A DNA stretch of 42,816 nucleotides from Burkholderiaceae bacterium (GCA_964230145.1 CAXRGK010000025.1:1-42816); one strand, 5' to 3'. Numbered from the stretch's first letter, positions 8,253 through 16,996 are shown. The notes: a model not told the origin generated them from the sequence alone. Program-made: numbers and translations.

Positions 8253-8378
8253 GACTCCCGTCTGTTCAGAGATTTCCACCGCGTCATCGATCTTGATGCC
8301 CAGGTACCTCACGGTGGACTCCAGTTTCGCCTGTCCGAGCTGAAGTTGCACAGCACAGAGGTTCTTGGTGCGTCGATA
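8253..8378 (-). pseudogene. 3' remnant of a tyrosine recombinase/integrase
   Basis: YRRTKNLCAVQLQLGQAKLESTVRYLGIKIDDAVEISEQTGV matches the box II C-terminus (family-like YRRTKNLRAVQLLLGHTKLESTVRYLG). Catalytic Tyr kept, LGH changed to LGQ, N-terminal part and stop codon missing. Confidence 0.85.
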
Positions 8379-8671
8379 GCAGTCCAAGTGATCCATCAAG
8401 CGATCACGGATCGATGGATCCGATGCTTCTGTGCTTGCAGCACCGAGGTCAACAGCCAATTAATCTCCAGGGCTTTGTCCCTGGGTTCTGGGGGAATGGC
8501 TGGGTGAAGCCGTCATAGCGTTTACAAATTGTTTCTCAACGCACCAGAAATCCGGATGCAAGTCGATAAAGTTGTCAGACTTGCCAAGAAAATACTTTCC
8601 CTGTTGCGAAGGGCCGTGACTTGCATATCCAGAGTCAGGTTCCGATCCGCATTGGTCTTGAGGAGAAAACC

Positions 8672-9067
8672 ATGAAACGCCTGCAACGCATTCTTGCTGT
8701 TGTGCTCAGCCTGAGCCTCATCCATGTGTCCATGATCCAGACGGCACATGCCACATTGGTGTCCACGGAACAGGTCGCTCGCCTGGCCGACGGCGAGCAG
8801 GCGGGATCGGGTCACGCACGTTTGACCACAGCACTTTCCCGAGCCGATGTGCGTGCGGCAATGGAACGCCAGGGCGTTGACCCGGCATTGGCTCTGGAGC
8901 GCGTTGCGGCCTTGACCGACGACGAGGCGGGACGTTTGGCCGAGCAGATCAACAGTGCTCCCGCCGGCGGCATCATTGGTGCACTGCTCTTGGTGTTTTT
9001 CGTCCTGTTGGTCACCGACATTCTGGGCCTGACCAAGGTTTACCCGTTCACCCGGCCGGTGCGCTGA
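8672..9067 (+). CDS. PA2779 family exported protein
   Basis: RBS GAGGAG, Sec signal ending AHA, GVDPALALERVAALTDDE, PAGG followed by a hydrophobic tail ending TDILGLTKVYPF; adjacent to a PA2778-like gene. Confidence 0.85.
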   Translation: MKRLQRILAVVLSLSLIHVSMIQTAHATLVSTEQVARLADGEQAGSGHARLTTALSRADVRAAMERQGVDPALALERVAALTDDEAGRLAEQINSAPAGGIIGALLLVFFVLLVTDILGLTKVYPFTRPVR

Positions 9068-9074
9068 ACGCCGC

Positions 9075-10082
9075 ATGCAGCTGGCCTACTTGCTCGCTGC
9101 AGGCTGGCGCAAAACAGTTTCGAGCATCGCCTGCCTGCTTGCCTTGTTCTTGCTGGCTGGCTGTGCAAGCCCGGGACATCAGGCCCTGTCCTCTGTGGAA
9201 GATCTGCCACCCCGGACAGAGCTCGCAGAAACCCCCTTCTTTTCGGATGACAGCCATTTCTGTGGCCCTGCGGCCTTGGCCACTGTCCTGACCGCCGCAG
9301 GCTTCACCACTCGGCCAGAAGCCTTGGTGGGCCAGGTGTTTCTGCCAGGCCGCCAGGGTTCGCTGCAAATCGAAATGCTCGCTGGCGCCCGGCGCCAGGG
9401 GGCTGTAGCAACGGTGATCCCCGACGCCCTGCACGCGCTTATGCGAGAAATCGCAGCAGGCCATCCGGTGGTGGTCCTGCAAAACCTCGGCTTGTCGTGG
9501 GCACCTTCGTGGCACTATGCCGTGGCAGTGGGCTACGACTTGCAGGCCGATACTCTCCTGCTTCGGTCCGGCCCCCTGAAGCGCCAGGCACTCAGTTTGC
9601 GCACTTTCATGCACACCTGGGACCGCAGTGGCCGTTGGGCTTTTGTCGTCTCGCCGCCTGACCAGCTGCCCGCGACGGCAACGCAAGCGGAGACGGTCAA
9701 GGCGCTCGTTGCCTTTGAGCGGAACGCGTCTGCGGTGGCTGCCGCGCAGGCTTACCGGACGGGTCTAGAACGCTGGCCCCACAACCCCACCCTGGCCATG
9801 GGGTTGGGCAACGCCTTGTATGCCAGCGGTGACAAGGAGGGCGCGCAAGCCTTGTTTCGTCAGGTGGTCGAACGCCATCAGCTCGCCGCGGCCTACAACA
9901 ATCTGGCGCGCCTGTTGCTAGAAAGTGGCAATACCAACGAGGCGCGCCTGTTGGCTCAGCAAGGTCTGGCGGTGGCCGGGCCACTGCGCGAGACCCTGAT
10001 GGAAACTCTGAAAGCCATAGACGACGCGGCCCAGACGCCCAAGCAGTCGATTCCAGCCGCAGCTGAGCACAGGGGCCAGTGA
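9075..10082 (+). CDS. PA2778 family C39-like cysteine peptidase lipoprotein with C-terminal TPRs
   Basis: Lipobox LAGC, FCGPAALA (Cys), WHYAVAVGYD (His), TPR motifs MGLGNALY and AYNNLARLL. Confidence 0.87.
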   Translation: MQLAYLLAAGWRKTVSSIACLLALFLLAGCASPGHQALSSVEDLPPRTELAETPFFSDDSHFCGPAALATVLTAAGFTTRPEALVGQVFLPGRQGSLQIEMLAGARRQGAVATVIPDALHALMREIAAGHPVVVLQNLGLSWAPSWHYAVAVGYDLQADTLLLRSGPLKRQALSLRTFMHTWDRSGRWAFVVSPPDQLPATATQAETVKALVAFERNASAVAAAQAYRTGLERWPHNPTLAMGLGNALYASGDKEGAQALFRQVVERHQLAAAYNNLARLLLESGNTNEARLLAQQGLAVAGPLRETLMETLKAIDDAAQTPKQSIPAAAEHRGQ

Positions 10083-10211
10083 ACTGCAGCCTGCAGGGCG
10101 TTGATCAGCGGTCGTCACTCACGCTTTCCCAGCCCCGGCAAGCCTTGAGCGCGCAGCTGCATTGCTCAGGTTTGCTGTGGGCAATGGCCCGCAGTGTTCG
10201 GGCATCCAGCA

Positions 10212-11123
10212 TCAATGTCCGTGTGCCTTCATGGCTTTGCCGACTTCCAGCGTGCCTTGCTCGGAGCCAGCCATCGGGACCATTTCCCCGGTGCGCTCGC
10301 GCACCTGGGCCAAAGCATCCAGCAAGCGTTCAGGCACATCGGCACCGGTGCCCAGATGAATGCCCTGCGTGAGCGTGATGTGGGCGACCTCGAAGCTACC
10401 CGCGCCTGCGCAGATGATGGTGCGGTTGGGCGAATCCTCGCTGGCCATCACCAGCATGGCCGGCGACACGGCCTGTGGCTCCAGGGCATCCAGCACCGCC
10501 TGCGGCATCAGGCCTTCGGTCATGCGGGTGGCTGCTGTGGGGGCCAGGCAATTGACACGGATGCCGTACTTCTCGCCTTCGATCGACAGTGTCTGCATCA
10601 GGCCGGCCAGCGCCATCTTGGCTGCGCCGTAGTTGGCCTGGCCAAAGTTGCCGTAAAGGCCGCTGGACGAGGTGGTCATGACGATGCGGCCATAGTTTTG
10701 TGCCTGCATGATCGGCCAGACCGCCTTGGTGCAATGGACAGCGCCCATGACGTGCACATCCATCACCAGCTTGAAGTCGTCCAGCGTCATCTTGGCAAAG
10801 CTTTTGTCGCGCAGGATGCCGGCGTTGTTGACCAGAACGTCCACGCGGCCCCAGGTGTCCATGGCTTGCTGAACCATTTTTTGTACCGCCTCGAAGTCGG
10901 TCACCGAAGCGCCGTTGGCGATGGCCTCGCCACCTGCGGCGCGTATTTCATCCACCACCTTCTGTGCCGCCGAGGCAGACCCCCCCACGCCATGCACATC
11001 ACCGCCCAGGTCGTTGACCACGACCTTGGCGCCGCGCGATGCCAGCAGCAAAGCATGCTGCTTGCCCAGACCGCCGCCAGCGCCGGTGACGATGGCCACT
11101 CGGCCTTTGAAATCGATACCCAT
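10212..11123 (-). CDS. SDR oxidoreductase, MFE-2-type 3-hydroxyacyl-CoA dehydrogenase-like
   Basis: TGAGGGLG, VVVNDLGG, NNAGILRD, YGNFGQANYGAAK; RBS AAGGAG before MGIDF. Confidence 0.9.
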   Translation of the reverse strand: MGIDFKGRVAIVTGAGGGLGKQHALLLASRGAKVVVNDLGGDVHGVGGSASAAQKVVDEIRAAGGEAIANGASVTDFEAVQKMVQQAMDTWGRVDVLVNNAGILRDKSFAKMTLDDFKLVMDVHVMGAVHCTKAVWPIMQAQNYGRIVMTTSSSGLYGNFGQANYGAAKMALAGLMQTLSIEGEKYGIRVNCLAPTAATRMTEGLMPQAVLDALEPQAVSPAMLVMASEDSPNRTIICAGAGSFEVAHITLTQGIHLGTGADVPERLLDALAQVRERTGEMVPMAGSEQGTLEVGKAMKAHGH

Positions 11124-11280
11124 GTTCACTCCTTGATGCAAAACCGGATGCCCCTGCACGCGCTTGTCGAGTAGACGACACATGAAGGTGCTCTTGTCAG
11201 TTTGCTACTCTAGCGAAGCGCGATACTGGCCGCTGTTGCACGCATGACAGGGGCGCCCCCAGATCCCCAAGACACACGCC

Positions 11281-12156
11281 ATGGAACTGAATTTCGAAAC
11301 CGTCACCACCCCACCCGTCGACGCGGCCTCGGTGCTGCTGCTGCGCGACAGCGACGAGGGCCTGCAGGTCCTGCTGATGCGTCGCGCGCAAGCCTCGCAG
11401 GTACTGGGCGGGGCCTATGTGTTCCCTGGCGGCAAGGTCGATGTCGAAGACCATTCGGCGCAGGCCCTGCAGCACCTGAGTGAAACGCCTGCGCGCCTGC
11501 GCGAGCGCCTGCACGAATCGGCACTCGAACCGGCCCGCGCCGCTGGCCTGTTCATGGCCGCCCTGCGCGAGGCCTTTGAAGAATGCGGCGTGCTGGCCGG
11601 ACAGGACACAGAAGGTCCGACCCTGGCCAGGCGACTGCGCCAGCAGGTCGACCAGCTGGGCTGGCACCAGAGCCTGCGTCAAACCGGTCAAGCCTTGCGC
11701 ACCGATGCCCTGCTGCCCTGGTCACGCTGGATCACGCCCCGCCAGCCGGCCGTGACCAACAAGCGCTTCGACACCCGTTTCTTTGTGGCCCGCGTGTGCG
11801 GCGACCAGGTCGCCAGCCACGACAATTTCGAGACCACCGACAGCGTGTGGCTCACGCCTTTGCAGGCCCTCACGCGCTATGCAGGCGGTGAAATCGATCT
11901 GGTAGCGCCGCAGATCATGAGCTTGTACGAACTCAAGGCCCATCGAACAGTGGACGAAGCTCTGACCGAAGCCCGCGCGCGTGCGCCAGCGCTGATCGAG
12001 CCCCACCCCTTTGACCAGGACGGTCAGCGCATCCTGTGCTACCCCGGCGATGCCCAGCACCCGGTACCGACGCGTGCCATGCGCGGCCCGACACGACTGC
12101 TGTTTGGCAAAGGCCGCTTCGTGCCGCTGGGTGGCATGTCGGAGCTGCTTGACTAA
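11281..12156 (+). CDS. NUDIX hydrolase (NUDT19/CoA-diphosphatase-like)
   Basis: Nudix box split by an insert (VFPGGKVD ... AALREAFEECG); WITP...KRFDTRFF. Confidence 0.88.
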   Translation: MELNFETVTTPPVDAASVLLLRDSDEGLQVLLMRRAQASQVLGGAYVFPGGKVDVEDHSAQALQHLSETPARLRERLHESALEPARAAGLFMAALREAFEECGVLAGQDTEGPTLARRLRQQVDQLGWHQSLRQTGQALRTDALLPWSRWITPRQPAVTNKRFDTRFFVARVCGDQVASHDNFETTDSVWLTPLQALTRYAGGEIDLVAPQIMSLYELKAHRTVDEALTEARARAPALIEPHPFDQDGQRILCYPGDAQHPVPTRAMRGPTRLLFGKGRFVPLGGMSELLD

Positions 12157-12190
12157 AATTGAAACCATTCGAATTCACCCGCAGCACGCC

Positions 12191-12547
12191 ATGACCACCG
12201 CCTCCCACACCTGCCTGAGCATCGACCGCGCCATGGAATACGTGGGCGACATGCAGGGCGTGATGGCACTGCTGGGCACCTTGCAGCAATCCCTGCAGGA
12301 CGATCTGCCCCAGCTGCAGGCGCGGCTCGATGCGGGTGATCTGCCCGGCGCCAACCGGTTGCTGCACCAATTGAAGGGATTCGCGCCGGTGTTCTGTGTG
12401 GACCCTCTGGTGGCCGAGGTGGTTCGAGTGGAAGGTCTGAGCAAGGGCACCGATGTGCAGGCCGTGCGTACCGCTTATGAACACCTGGGGCCGCAGCTGC
12501 ACCAGCTGCTGACCGAGGTGCAGGGCCAGCTGGCTGCGCGCCGCTGA
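12191..12547 (+). CDS. stand-alone Hpt (histidine phosphotransfer) domain protein
   Basis: ANRLLHQLKGFA motif (H-x-L-K-G) in a helical 118-aa protein. Confidence 0.82.
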   Translation: MTTASHTCLSIDRAMEYVGDMQGVMALLGTLQQSLQDDLPQLQARLDAGDLPGANRLLHQLKGFAPVFCVDPLVAEVVRVEGLSKGTDVQAVRTAYEHLGPQLHQLLTEVQGQLAARR

Positions 12548-12551
12548 ACCC

Positions 12552-13493
12552 TCAGACCGGCTGCGCCATCCAGGCCTGGATGCGCAGCGGATCGTGCACC
12601 AGACGCAATTCATCAAACGCCGCCTGCGCCTCCGGGTAGGTGCGGCGCAAATAGTTCAGCCATTGCTTGAGGCGCCCCGCCCGGTGCCTTGACGCCACTC
12701 GGCTGCACACGTTCTGCCAGAAGCCGGGCATCAGGCTTCGGATGACGGACCAGGGCACCACCCGTACACCCGGGGCCGATTGCGCAATCGCCAGTGCCAG
12801 CCCGGGGTCGCTCACCAAGCCGCGGCCGATCATCAGGCGATCGCAGCCTGTCACCTCGCGGCAGCGCTGCGCGTCTTCCACACGCCAGATCTCGCCATTG
12901 GCCACCATGGGCAACTTCACCCGCTGCCGGATGTCGGCAATCCGGTCCCAATAGGCGGGCGGCCGGTAGCCATGCACCTTGGTGCGCGCATGCACCACCA
13001 GATCGCTGGCACCACCGGCTTCAATGGCCTGCGCGCAGTCTTCGGCCAGCGCATCGTCTTCGTAGCCCAAGCGCATCTTGGCCGACACCGGAATGTGCGC
13101 TGGCACCGCACGGCGCACTGCGGCCACGATGCGGCCGATCAGCTCGGGCTCCTGCAGCAGCACCGCACCGCCGCGGTGGCGGTTGACGGTCTTGGCCGGG
13201 CAGCCAAAGTTCAGGTCGATGCCCGCCGGCGCCAGCGTGGCCAATGCCTGCGCGTTCTCGGCCAGGCACACCGGATCCGAGCCGAGCAGCTGCACCCGCA
13301 CCGGCACACCTGCGGCTGTTCGGCTGCCATGGCGCAATTCGGGCACCACGCGGGTGAAGGCGCGCGCAGGCAACACCGTGTCGGTCACGCGGATGAATTC
13401 GGACACGCACAGGTCAATGCCGCCCACGCGCGTGAGCGTGTCACGCAGGCCGTGGTCCAGCAGGCCTTCCATGGGGGCGAGCCAGATGGTCAT
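12552..13493 (-). CDS. dusC: tRNA-dihydrouridine synthase C
   Basis: LAPMEG, IDLNFGCPAKTV, VHARTK, YRPPAYW, ANGEIW, GRLKQWL. Confidence 0.9.
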   Translation of the reverse strand: MTIWLAPMEGLLDHGLRDTLTRVGGIDLCVSEFIRVTDTVLPARAFTRVVPELRHGSRTAAGVPVRVQLLGSDPVCLAENAQALATLAPAGIDLNFGCPAKTVNRHRGGAVLLQEPELIGRIVAAVRRAVPAHIPVSAKMRLGYEDDALAEDCAQAIEAGGASDLVVHARTKVHGYRPPAYWDRIADIRQRVKLPMVANGEIWRVEDAQRCREVTGCDRLMIGRGLVSDPGLALAIAQSAPGVRVVPWSVIRSLMPGFWQNVCSRVASRHRAGRLKQWLNYLRRTYPEAQAAFDELRLVHDPLRIQAWMAQPV

Positions 13494-13520
13494 GGGACAG
13501 ATATGTGTTTCAAGCCAAAT

Positions 13521-13580
13521 TTCGGCCGCAGGGGCGGCCTCCTGCAGCGGGCGTTTTGCAGGAGCGGCCCCCGCGCGGAA
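13521..13580. repeat. REP doublet, GCAG/GTAG family
   Basis: 13521-13546 is the exact reverse complement of 19056-19081; a degenerate second copy lies at 13557-13580. Confidence 0.8.
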
Positions 13581-13590
13581 CTCTCGTGGA

Positions 13591-14109
13591 TCAATCCAGC
13601 GAACGCTTTACACGGATTTCTTCCACCCGCACGCCGCCCATCGGCACAGTGCGTGCGGTGTTCATCTCGCGCTTGAAACCGGCGGCATCAAAAAAGCTCA
13701 GGGCCTTCGCACTGGCCAGCGGCACCCAGATCGTCACATCGGTGCAGTCCTCATCCTGCAGACCTTCGCGGGCGGCGTCCCACAGGGCCAGGCCGACGCC
13801 CTGACCGATGTGGTCCGGGTCCACATAGATCGCCCACAGCTCGCCAGTGGTGTTCTTGGACTTGGGATCGCGCGAGCGGTCAAAACCGACAAAGCCGACG
13901 ATCTCGCCACCCTGCTCGGCCACCATGACCTGAGGCTCGCCGTATTCGATGGCTTCCTTCCAGAAGGCCACGCGCTTGGCGGGCGGCGTGGATTGCCAGT
14001 GGGCATCGGGCACCACACCTTCGTACAAGGCACGGCTGGCAATCAGGTGCAGGTTGGCCACAGCAGGCGCATCGGCCAGGGTGGCGTAACGGACGTCGAC
14101 GGAACTCAT
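13591..14109 (-). CDS. GNAT family N-acetyltransferase
   Basis: VRYATLADAPAVA, IVGFVGF, ELWAIYVDPDHIGQGVG motif A, ALSFFDAAGF; start at MSSVDV. Confidence 0.9.
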   Translation of the reverse strand: MSSVDVRYATLADAPAVANLHLIASRALYEGVVPDAHWQSTPPAKRVAFWKEAIEYGEPQVMVAEQGGEIVGFVGFDRSRDPKSKNTTGELWAIYVDPDHIGQGVGLALWDAAREGLQDEDCTDVTIWVPLASAKALSFFDAAGFKREMNTARTVPMGGVRVEEIRVKRSLD

Positions 14110-14193
14110 GGGTGCGTATCTCTTTTTTGCGAAACCCGGTATTGTCGCCGCAAGTGCACCGGCAGGGCATGCCACATGGGGTATCTTCAGGGC

Positions 14194-14937
14194 ATGACAC
14201 GCATTCTGCAAAAAGCCCGCGCCCTGACGCTGGCCGCCCTGCTCGCCAGCCTGGTGTGGCCGGCGCTGGCGCAAAGCCCCCGCAAGATCGAGGACAGCAT
14301 GGCCGAGCGCACCCGCGCCTGCACCGCCTGCCACGGCGACAACGGCCGCGCCGGCCCCGATGGCTACTACCCCCGGCTGGCCGGCAAGCCCGCCGGCTAC
14401 CTGCACCACCAGCTGCGCAACTTTGCCGAAGGCCGCCGCCATTACGGCCTGATGACGCGCCTGGTGGACCCGATGACCGACGCCTACATGGCCGAGATCG
14501 CCGCCCACTTCGCCAGCCTGCACCTGCCCTACCCTGCGCCCACCGCTTCCAAGCTGCCGCCAGAGCGGCTGGCGCGCGGCCAGATGCTGGTGCAGCAGGG
14601 TGACGCCAGCCGCGGCCTGCCGGCCTGCGTGCAATGCCACGGTGAACGCCTGACCGGCGTGCAGCCCAACGTGCCCGGCCTGCTGGGCCTGCCGCTGGAC
14701 TACCTCAACGCCCAGCTGGGCGCCTGGCAGACCGGCCAGCGCAAGGCCCACGCGCCCGACTGCATGGCCGAAGTCGTCAAACGCATCCCGCACGAAGACA
14801 TCATCGCGGTCTCCAGCTGGCTGGCCAGCCAGAGCCTGCCTGCCGACACCCGCCCGGCGACCGCCGTGGCACGCCCACTGGCCGATCCGGCCTGGCGCTG
14901 CGGCAGCGCCCCCGAACTGTCCGGAGGCCGGCCATGA
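14194..14937 (+). CDS. di-heme cytochrome c4-like protein
   Basis: Signal peptide, CTACH and CVQCH, YPRLAGKPAGYL. Confidence 0.9.
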   Translation: MTRILQKARALTLAALLASLVWPALAQSPRKIEDSMAERTRACTACHGDNGRAGPDGYYPRLAGKPAGYLHHQLRNFAEGRRHYGLMTRLVDPMTDAYMAEIAAHFASLHLPYPAPTASKLPPERLARGQMLVQQGDASRGLPACVQCHGERLTGVQPNVPGLLGLPLDYLNAQLGAWQTGQRKAHAPDCMAEVVKRIPHEDIIAVSSWLASQSLPADTRPATAVARPLADPAWRCGSAPELSGGRP

Positions 14938-16238
14938 AACACAAAATCCTGCGCCTGTCTGCCGGCCTTCTGCTGGGCGGCCTGACCCTGCTCGCCACGG
15001 CCGTGGTCTGGCACAACTGGGGCGACCTGCTGACCGACCCGCAAGTGGCCCGAGCACCGGCCACCACAGCTGAAACCCTGCAACGCGGCAGCTATCTGGT
15101 GCGCGCCGGCAACTGCGTGGCCTGCCACACCACCCGTGGCGGTGCTCCGCTGGCCGGAGGACGCGCCATCGACACCCCTTTCGGAGCCGTCTACAGCAGC
15201 AACCTCACGCCCGACAACGACACCGGCCTGGGCCGCTGGAACGCCCAGGACTTCTGGAACGCCCTGCACCACGGTCGCTCGCGCGGCGGCCGCCTGCTGG
15301 CCCCGGCCTTTCCGTACGAGCACACCAGCTTGCTCTCGCGCGAGGACACCGATGCCATGTTCGCCTGGCTGCGCAGCCAGCCAGCCATCAGCCAGCCGCA
15401 GCCGGCGCACACGCTGCGCTGGCCGCTGGGCACCCAGCCTGCGCTGGCGGTGTGGCGCACCTTGTTCTTCGCGCCGCAGGCTTTCACGCCCGACCCGAAA
15501 CAAAGCACCGAATGGAACCGCGGCGCCTGGCTGGTGCAGGGCCTGGGCCACTGCGCCGCCTGCCACAGCCCGCGCAACGCGCTGGGCGCCAGTGGCGGCG
15601 TGGCCGACCTCTCCGGCGGCCTGATGCCGGTGGTCAACTGGTACGCCCCCAGCCTGCTCAGCGAGCGCGAAACCGGTCTGGCGTCCACCCCGCTGGCCGA
15701 GATCGTGCGGTTGCTGCAGACCGGGCGCAACAGCGATGCCACCGTCAGCGGTCCCATGGGCGAGGTGGTGCAGCACAGCCTGCAGCACCTGAACCCCGAA
15801 GACCTGCAGGCCATGGCGGTGTACCTGCAGGCTCGCGCCCGACAAGCCCCAAGCGAAGCCGCACGCCAGGCCCCGCCGCCGGTGCGCGCCAGCGTGGCCG
15901 AACATGGCGCCAAGGTGTACGAACGCCACTGCGCCACCTGCCACGGCGAACAAGGCCAGGGCGTGCCCGGCATCTACCCGGCACTTGCCAGCAACCGCGC
16001 CGTGCGGCTGACCGACCCGACCAATCTGGTGCAAAGCGTGCTGTATGGCGGCTACGCGCCCGTCACCGCGGGCCACCCGCGGCCCTTTGGCATGCCGCCT
16101 TTCGTGCTCGAACTCGAAGACCGCGACATCGCCGCCGTGCTGACGCACCTGCGCATGGCACTTCAGCCGGACGGGCACAAAGCCGGCGAAGTCACACCGC
16201 TGCAGGTTAACCGCATCCGGGCCGAAACCACGCAGTGA
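14934..16238 (+). CDS. membrane-anchored tri-heme cytochrome c (dehydrogenase cytochrome subunit-like)
   Basis: CVACH, CAACH, CATCH; TPFGAVYSSNLTPD; ATGA overlap with the upstream gene. Confidence 0.9.
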   Translation: MKHKILRLSAGLLLGGLTLLATAVVWHNWGDLLTDPQVARAPATTAETLQRGSYLVRAGNCVACHTTRGGAPLAGGRAIDTPFGAVYSSNLTPDNDTGLGRWNAQDFWNALHHGRSRGGRLLAPAFPYEHTSLLSREDTDAMFAWLRSQPAISQPQPAHTLRWPLGTQPALAVWRTLFFAPQAFTPDPKQSTEWNRGAWLVQGLGHCAACHSPRNALGASGGVADLSGGLMPVVNWYAPSLLSERETGLASTPLAEIVRLLQTGRNSDATVSGPMGEVVQHSLQHLNPEDLQAMAVYLQARARQAPSEAARQAPPPVRASVAEHGAKVYERHCATCHGEQGQGVPGIYPALASNRAVRLTDPTNLVQSVLYGGYAPVTAGHPRPFGMPPFVLELEDRDIAAVLTHLRMALQPDGHKAGEVTPLQVNRIRAETTQ

Positions 16239-16882
16239 TGGACGTGCAGCTGATCCACGAGGACGAAGACCTGCTGGTGTTCGACAAACCCTCGGGCCTG
16301 CTGAGCGTGCCCGGTCTGGGGCCCGACAAGCAGGACTGCCTGAGCGCCCGGGTGCAGGCCCGCTGGCCCGAAGCCCTGATCGTGCACCGGCTGGACATGG
16401 CCACCTCGGGGCTGATCCTGATGGCACGTGGCCCCGAGATGCAAAAGACCCTGAGCATGGCGTTCGAGAAGCGCCGCATGCACAAGCGCTACCAGGCAGT
16501 GGTGCTGGGCGAGCCGCTGCCCGTGCCCGATGCGCACGGCTGGAGCCGCATCCAGCTGCCCATGCGCATTGACTACCAGAACCGCCCGCGCAGCATCATC
16601 GACTTTGCCCGCGGCAAACCCAGCCTGACCCGCTGGCAGCGCCTGGGCGCCGGCCCCTGGCCCGATACCACCCGGCTGCTGCTCGAACCCATGACTGGCC
16701 GCACCCACCAGCTGCGGGTGCACCTGCTGGCCATTGGCCACCCCATCGTGGGTGACCCGCTGTACGCCCCGGTGGAAGTGCCGCCCCGTGCCCCGCGTCT
16801 GCTGCTGCACGCCACCGAGCTGGCGTTTGAGCACCCGGTGACCGGCCAGGCCTGCCGCTTTGTCGCGCCGGTGCCTTTCTGA
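16238..16882 (+). CDS. RluA family pseudouridine synthase
   Basis: DKPSGLLSVPG, HRLDMATSG, TGRTHQLRVH, GHPIVGDPLY. Confidence 0.92.
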   Translation: MDVQLIHEDEDLLVFDKPSGLLSVPGLGPDKQDCLSARVQARWPEALIVHRLDMATSGLILMARGPEMQKTLSMAFEKRRMHKRYQAVVLGEPLPVPDAHGWSRIQLPMRIDYQNRPRSIIDFARGKPSLTRWQRLGAGPWPDTTRLLLEPMTGRTHQLRVHLLAIGHPIVGDPLYAPVEVPPRAPRLLLHATELAFEHPVTGQACRFVAPVPF

Positions 16883-16900
16883 GTGCGCATCCTTCTCTTT

Positions 16901-16968
16901 TTCGCGCGCAGAGGCGCGCTCCCACAAAGGCCTGCCCACCCTTGTAGGAGGCCGCCCTTGCGGCCGAA
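16901..16968. repeat. REP doublet, GTGG/GTAG family
   Basis: Minus-strand tgtgggagcgcgcctctgcgcgcgaa (16901-16926) and plus-strand tgtaggaggccgcccttgcggccgaa (16943-16968). Confidence 0.8.
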
Positions 16969-16996
16969 GGGGTCACCAGACCGTTAATATGCAGAC

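Larger units (their letters stand above)
1869..8520. mobile_element. putative horizontally acquired accessory island (right border uncertain, may extend to about 10200)
   Basis: Hand-counted GC in sample lines: 28/60 at 5521-5580 and 34/60 at 4201-4260, versus 44/60 at 1081-1140 and at 14281-14340. Integrase remnant at 8253-8378 and accessory gene content. No tRNA or att repeat found. Confidence 0.6.

Noticed and set aside
1869-10211. tRNA target or att direct repeat bounding the island
   Set aside because: No tRNA is visible; the best end match (tgatcagtgg near 1874 vs tgatcagcgg near 10102) is too short to be meaningful.
13078-15057. Apparent long fusion ORFs (13078-14937 plus strand; 13591-15057 minus strand)
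   Set aside because: Artefacts of longest-ORF calling; the real genes are the GNAT (start 14109) and cytochrome c (start 14194), transcribed divergently.
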